Positions 25,014-27,829 of a stretch of DNA of 27,829 nucleotides are shown here, piece after piece. The notes below the pieces were generated by a model. The model was not told where the DNA came from and did no database searches. It saw only the letters and a program-made list of their open reading frames with translations. The stretch is taken from positions 1 to 27,829 of the IMG/VR virus record IMGVR_UViG_3300030101_001949. One strand, written 5' to 3'. Position numbers and translations under genes: made by a program. How positions within the stretch are numbered: the stretch's first letter is position 1; the number at the start of each line of letters is the position of its first letter. This DNA comes from a virus. Taxonomy: Duplodnaviria > Caudoviricetes.

Positions 25014-25530
25014 TTATTCTTTCTTTTATATACCTTTTTACATTTTTTATTGTTGTAAAAATGCTACGCCTACTTATACCTGTTTTGTTAGCTAATGATT
25101 GTAGTGTGTATTTGTTGCCATCTAACTCACCAAAATAATATAGCTTAAACAATTCCCTATCATACCAATACAACTCATCTAATATACTCTCTATCAACTC
25201 TATGTTTTCTTGCTGCTGTGTATCATTAGTAAATATAAACTTCTGCATTTTAGTGCAATCTTGTAATGTGTGCTTATCGTAAAATCTTGCAATCTTGTAA
25301 TAGTATGTACTAGTTTTACTATGATACATATTCGCCATAATTCTAGCTACAAAAAAAAAGAGTTTACCATCTTGTTTGATAAACTCCAATTTGTCTTTTG
25401 GGTATTGTAGTGTAGCTTCTAACGCTTCATGCAACAAATCATCTGCAAAATCTGTTTTACATATATTGCACGCTATATCCTTTAATCTTTGATATTCTGC
25501 ATTAGTTAATTGCATGGCGCATAATAACAA
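24982..25530 (-). CDS. Phage-encoded sigma70/ECF-like factor (probable ATG at 25515)
   Basis: Region 2-like ADDLLHEA...LFFFVARIM.N and region 4-like LDELYWYDRELF.LYY...TLQSLANKTGISRRSIFTTIKNVK. Confidence 0.75.
   Translation of the reverse strand: MLLCAMQLTNAEYQRLKDIACNICKTDFADDLLHEALEATLQYPKDKLEFIKQDGKLFFFVARIMANMYHSKTSTYYYKIARFYDKHTLQDCTKMQKFIFTNDTQQQENIELIESILDELYWYDRELFKLYYFGELDGNKYTLQSLANKTGISRRSIFTTIKNVKRYIKERINEVERVVNIR
25227..25252 (-). promoter_or_regulatory. Putative late promoter inside the sigma gene
   Basis: TAAA-ATGCAGAAGT-TTATATTTACTA: exact 12-bp core, 3/4 match in the upstream box, same spacing. Confidence 0.55.
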
Positions 25531-25569
25531 AATAATTTACATATATGTAACTTGTTGAAAACTAGTTGT

Positions 25570-25953
25570 TCACATTAGCTTGTTTAATTCGTTTTTGTAG
25601 TATGCTATCATCTCTTTGTAATCATCCTGGCTACGCTTTACGCTTGTGTTAGATAACTGTAAAAGTTCATCAAATCTATCTTCACCTATTTCAGCTTTTA
25701 GCTTATTGCCAAAAATAAATTGTTGCCCTTGCTCAAACATATTACACTTTATGCATTGTACTCTGCAATTATTTGTGTGCCAACGAGTTGCGTAATGCCT
25801 ACGACTTTGAAAGTGTCCACATTGCATCTCTTTAACAGGTTTTGTAGTGCCACAAGTATAGCAAGATACATAGCCATTAGCATCTGCATAGTAATAGCGT
25901 ATGTACTTACTAAATATTTGGTCAAGTTTCTTGACTAGTTTGGATTTACTCAT
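25570..25953 (-). CDS. NinG/Rap-like HNH recombination endonuclease
   Basis: LD..FS.YIR, CYTCG, QCGHF.SR....TRW...N...QC..CN. Confidence 0.85.
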   Translation of the reverse strand: MSKSKLVKKLDQIFSKYIRYYYADANGYVSCYTCGTTKPVKEMQCGHFQSRRHYATRWHTNNCRVQCIKCNMFEQGQQFIFGNKLKAEIGEDRFDELLQLSNTSVKRSQDDYKEMIAYYKNELNKLM

Positions 25954-27001
25954 ATATCTTTTTAAATAGGTGCATTAACACATCTACAGTTATAGAGTTG
26001 CCAGATTGTTTGTAAAGCTGCGTATCGCTAACATCTTTTACTTTGTAAAAATCCTCATCTTTAAAACCTTGTAATCGCCAGGTTTCTAATGGTGTTAATT
26101 TTCTAATTTTTTGTTGTTTTTCTATTGCTTGTAAATTAGGTGCATCTAAACAATATGTTGTGCCATCTGATTTAGACAAATGCCCACTACCGCCTGCATT
26201 TTTGTTTTTCTTTATAGCAGGTCGGTTAGCACTTCTTTGTTGTAAATTGTGTACAACTAAATCGCTTTTATGTTTATTAAAAGTTAAACTGATTAAATTT
26301 TTTGTTTTTTTATCACTTAAATAATACTTATTATCTACTTGATTTTGTAATATATTTTTTAGCTTTATAGATAATGGTATTTCTTTTGGAAAACTAAAGT
26401 TTCTAAATTCTTTAAAACCTACAATAAAAATACGCTCTCTGTTTTGTGGTATACCATAGTGTTTAGTATTTAGCACTTGCCAATAGATATGATACCCTAA
26501 ACCATCATCAAACATATCTAAACTTATTTGCCCATTTTGTGTACCACCACCATTAGATAATATATCTACAATAGTTTAAAATGTGCGCCCTTTGTCATGT
26601 GATAACAAACCTTTTACATTTTCTAATACAAATACTTTAGGTTGGTTAATTTGTATAAACTCTGCTACATTAAAAAACAATGTACCTCTTGCCTCTTCAA
26701 AACCTTTACGCTGTCCTGCCATGCTAAAAGCTTGACATGGAAAACCTGCAATATATAAATCTAACTGATCTATTTCTTTGTGGTTTCTTCTAGTTATGTC
26801 GTTGTAAAATGTTGTAGGGTTGTGTAACTGCACAAAAGATTGTCTAGCATATTTATCGATTTCACACGCAAAAACGCTTTTGTGATTTATGCCTAAATAT
26901 TTTAGTGCCATTTCAGGCGCACCTATACCACTAAAATCTGTGCCTACTTTTATATTTTTTTGCAAAAAACTTTTGTTAGTGTTTGTTTCTGTATTTTCCA
27001 A
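25946..27001 (-). pseudogene. C5-cytosine DNA methyltransferase interrupted by a single in-frame TAA at 26576..26578
   Basis: Motifs I DFSGIG, IV GFPCQAFS and VI ENVKGL lie before the stop; VIII QNRERIF, IX RKLTP.E..RLQGF and X YKQSGNSI lie after it. Read-through GRTF*TIVDILSNGGG...DMFDDGLGY stays in one frame. Confidence 0.85.
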
Positions 27002-27441
27002 TTATCTACTTCTTTATGTTGTACAATCCATAGCTTTGCCCTTGCCATACCTAAACCTAATTTTTTTATAGGTTGTATAAACATGTATTTATCTATTAGT
27101 TTTTTTGGGTTTGTATGTGATACATAGTTTACCATTAAATACTTTGCATAGTGTGGTATGTATTTTACATCTATTTTGCAACCCTCTACAACAACATCTG
27201 CCTCAACTTCTGGCTCTGTACCATACATACTTAATGCAGTAAACTCTCTATCATCATATATAAAGTAATGCCAGGCTATAAGTTCAGCTAACACACCCTG
27301 TACATTTAACTTTGTAGTATCATTACCCCAATAGTAATCTTTCTCTTTATAGTTTTTATGCATGCCTTTTATCCTATCGCTAGCCATGTCTTTAGATATG
27401 CGATGCAATACATAAGGGTAATCTATATATGTATCTACCAT
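26950..27441 (-). CDS. Putative PD-(D/E)xK nuclease
   Basis: GVLAE helix, AD.....IDVK catalytic-like pattern, D.Y.F strand. Confidence 0.6.
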   Translation of the reverse strand: MVDTYIDYPYVLHRISKDMASDRIKGMHKNYKEKDYYWGNDTTKLNVQGVLAELIAWHYFIYDDREFTALSMYGTEPEVEADVVVEGCKIDVKYIPHYAKYLMVNYVSHTNPKKLIDKYMFIQPIKKLGLGMARAKLWIVQHKEVDNWKIQKQTLTKVFCKKI

Positions 27442-27566
27442 CTGTTAATTCTATCTCTAAATTCTTTTTGTTTTTTTTCAAACCTATGATTTAGGTATAG
27501 ATGTAATGCTGTGTAACCTATTGCTAGTATTAGTGTAATACAACTTAATGCCTCTATCAGTGTCAT
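27435..27566 (-). CDS. Small membrane protein, 43 aa (not in ORF track)
   Basis: MTLIEALSCITLILAIGYTALHLYLNHRFEKKQKEFRDRINRW; ATGA coupling with the upstream gene. Confidence 0.65.
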   Translation of the reverse strand: MTLIEALSCITLILAIGYTALHLYLNHRFEKKQKEFRDRINRW

Positions 27567-27829
27567 TTTATTTGCTTTGCTTTGTTTATAGTATTGCCTA
27601 TTTGCTTAATATTTTCTTGGTGCTTTTGATAATCAGTGATTAAGCGTTGTTGTCTTTTGAGCTGCTCGCTTTTTTTGTGTTGTTTTAGCCACACATTCCA
27701 ACTCCTAGCGTTAATAAAACAACTTAAATCATCACCATCTCTAATGCCTTTCTCTAATGCAAACCTAACTTCATCTATTGTCATTGTAGAGTATCTATTT
27801 ATTAAATCATCATACAATAAACTAGACAT
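27563..27829 (-). CDS. C-terminal part of the junction-spanning protein (starts at 222)
   Basis: In frame with 1..222 across the terminal repeat. Confidence 0.85.
   Translation of the reverse strand: MSSLLYDDLINRYSTMTIDEVRFALEKGIRDGDDLSCFINARSWNVWLKQHKKSEQLKRQQRLITDYQKHQENIKQIGNTINKAKQIK
27732..27829. repeat. Terminal direct repeat, right copy
   Basis: Identical to 2..99. Confidence 0.95.

Noticed and set aside
26576-26578. Stop-codon reassignment (alternative genetic code)
   Set aside because: Only one gene is interrupted; TAA, TAG and TGA all end tightly coupled genes elsewhere, and no suppressor tRNA was seen.
114-27071. All plus-strand ORFs in the track (e.g. 11183..11749, 13794..14990, 8121..8504)
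   Set aside because: They are antisense shadows of well-supported minus-strand genes, with Ser/Phe/Leu-rich composition, no recognisable motifs and no plus-strand operon structure.

Overview
The window is an apparently complete, circularly permuted ~27.73 kb tailed-phage genome. Bases 2..99 recur at 27732..27829, and one ORF runs across that junction. It is AT-rich and every credible gene lies on the minus strand. A Bacteroidota (flavobacterial-type) host is inferred from a TTG-N19-TAnnTTTG promoter and A-rich translation starts without obvious Shine-Dalgarno sites. Gene order on the minus strand: early and replication genes (SSB-like, DnaA domain IV-like, HTH replication initiator with iterons), PD-(D/E)xK nuclease, C5 methyltransferase broken by one in-frame TAA, NinG-like nuclease, phage sigma factor, small late genes, terminase, frameshifting tail chaperone, tail genes, tape measure, XkdF-like prohead protease, scaffold, capsid, tail tube, portal, adaptor, lysis cassette, metallophosphoesterase. 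I saw no integrase, repressor, polymerase or tRNA. Highlights: (1) a four-copy bipartite motif CAAA-N10-TTATATTTACTA, probably the promoter of the phage sigma factor, with one copy inside the sigma gene; (2) two paralogous KVELG coiled-coil proteins in the head module that share KVEL with the scaffold, a candidate protease-processed capsid-cargo system; (3) three tandem A-AAA-AAG slippery sites in the protease gene with an immediate -1 stop; (4) a start-stop minigene in a terminator loop. All product calls come from motif recognition by eye, with no database search.
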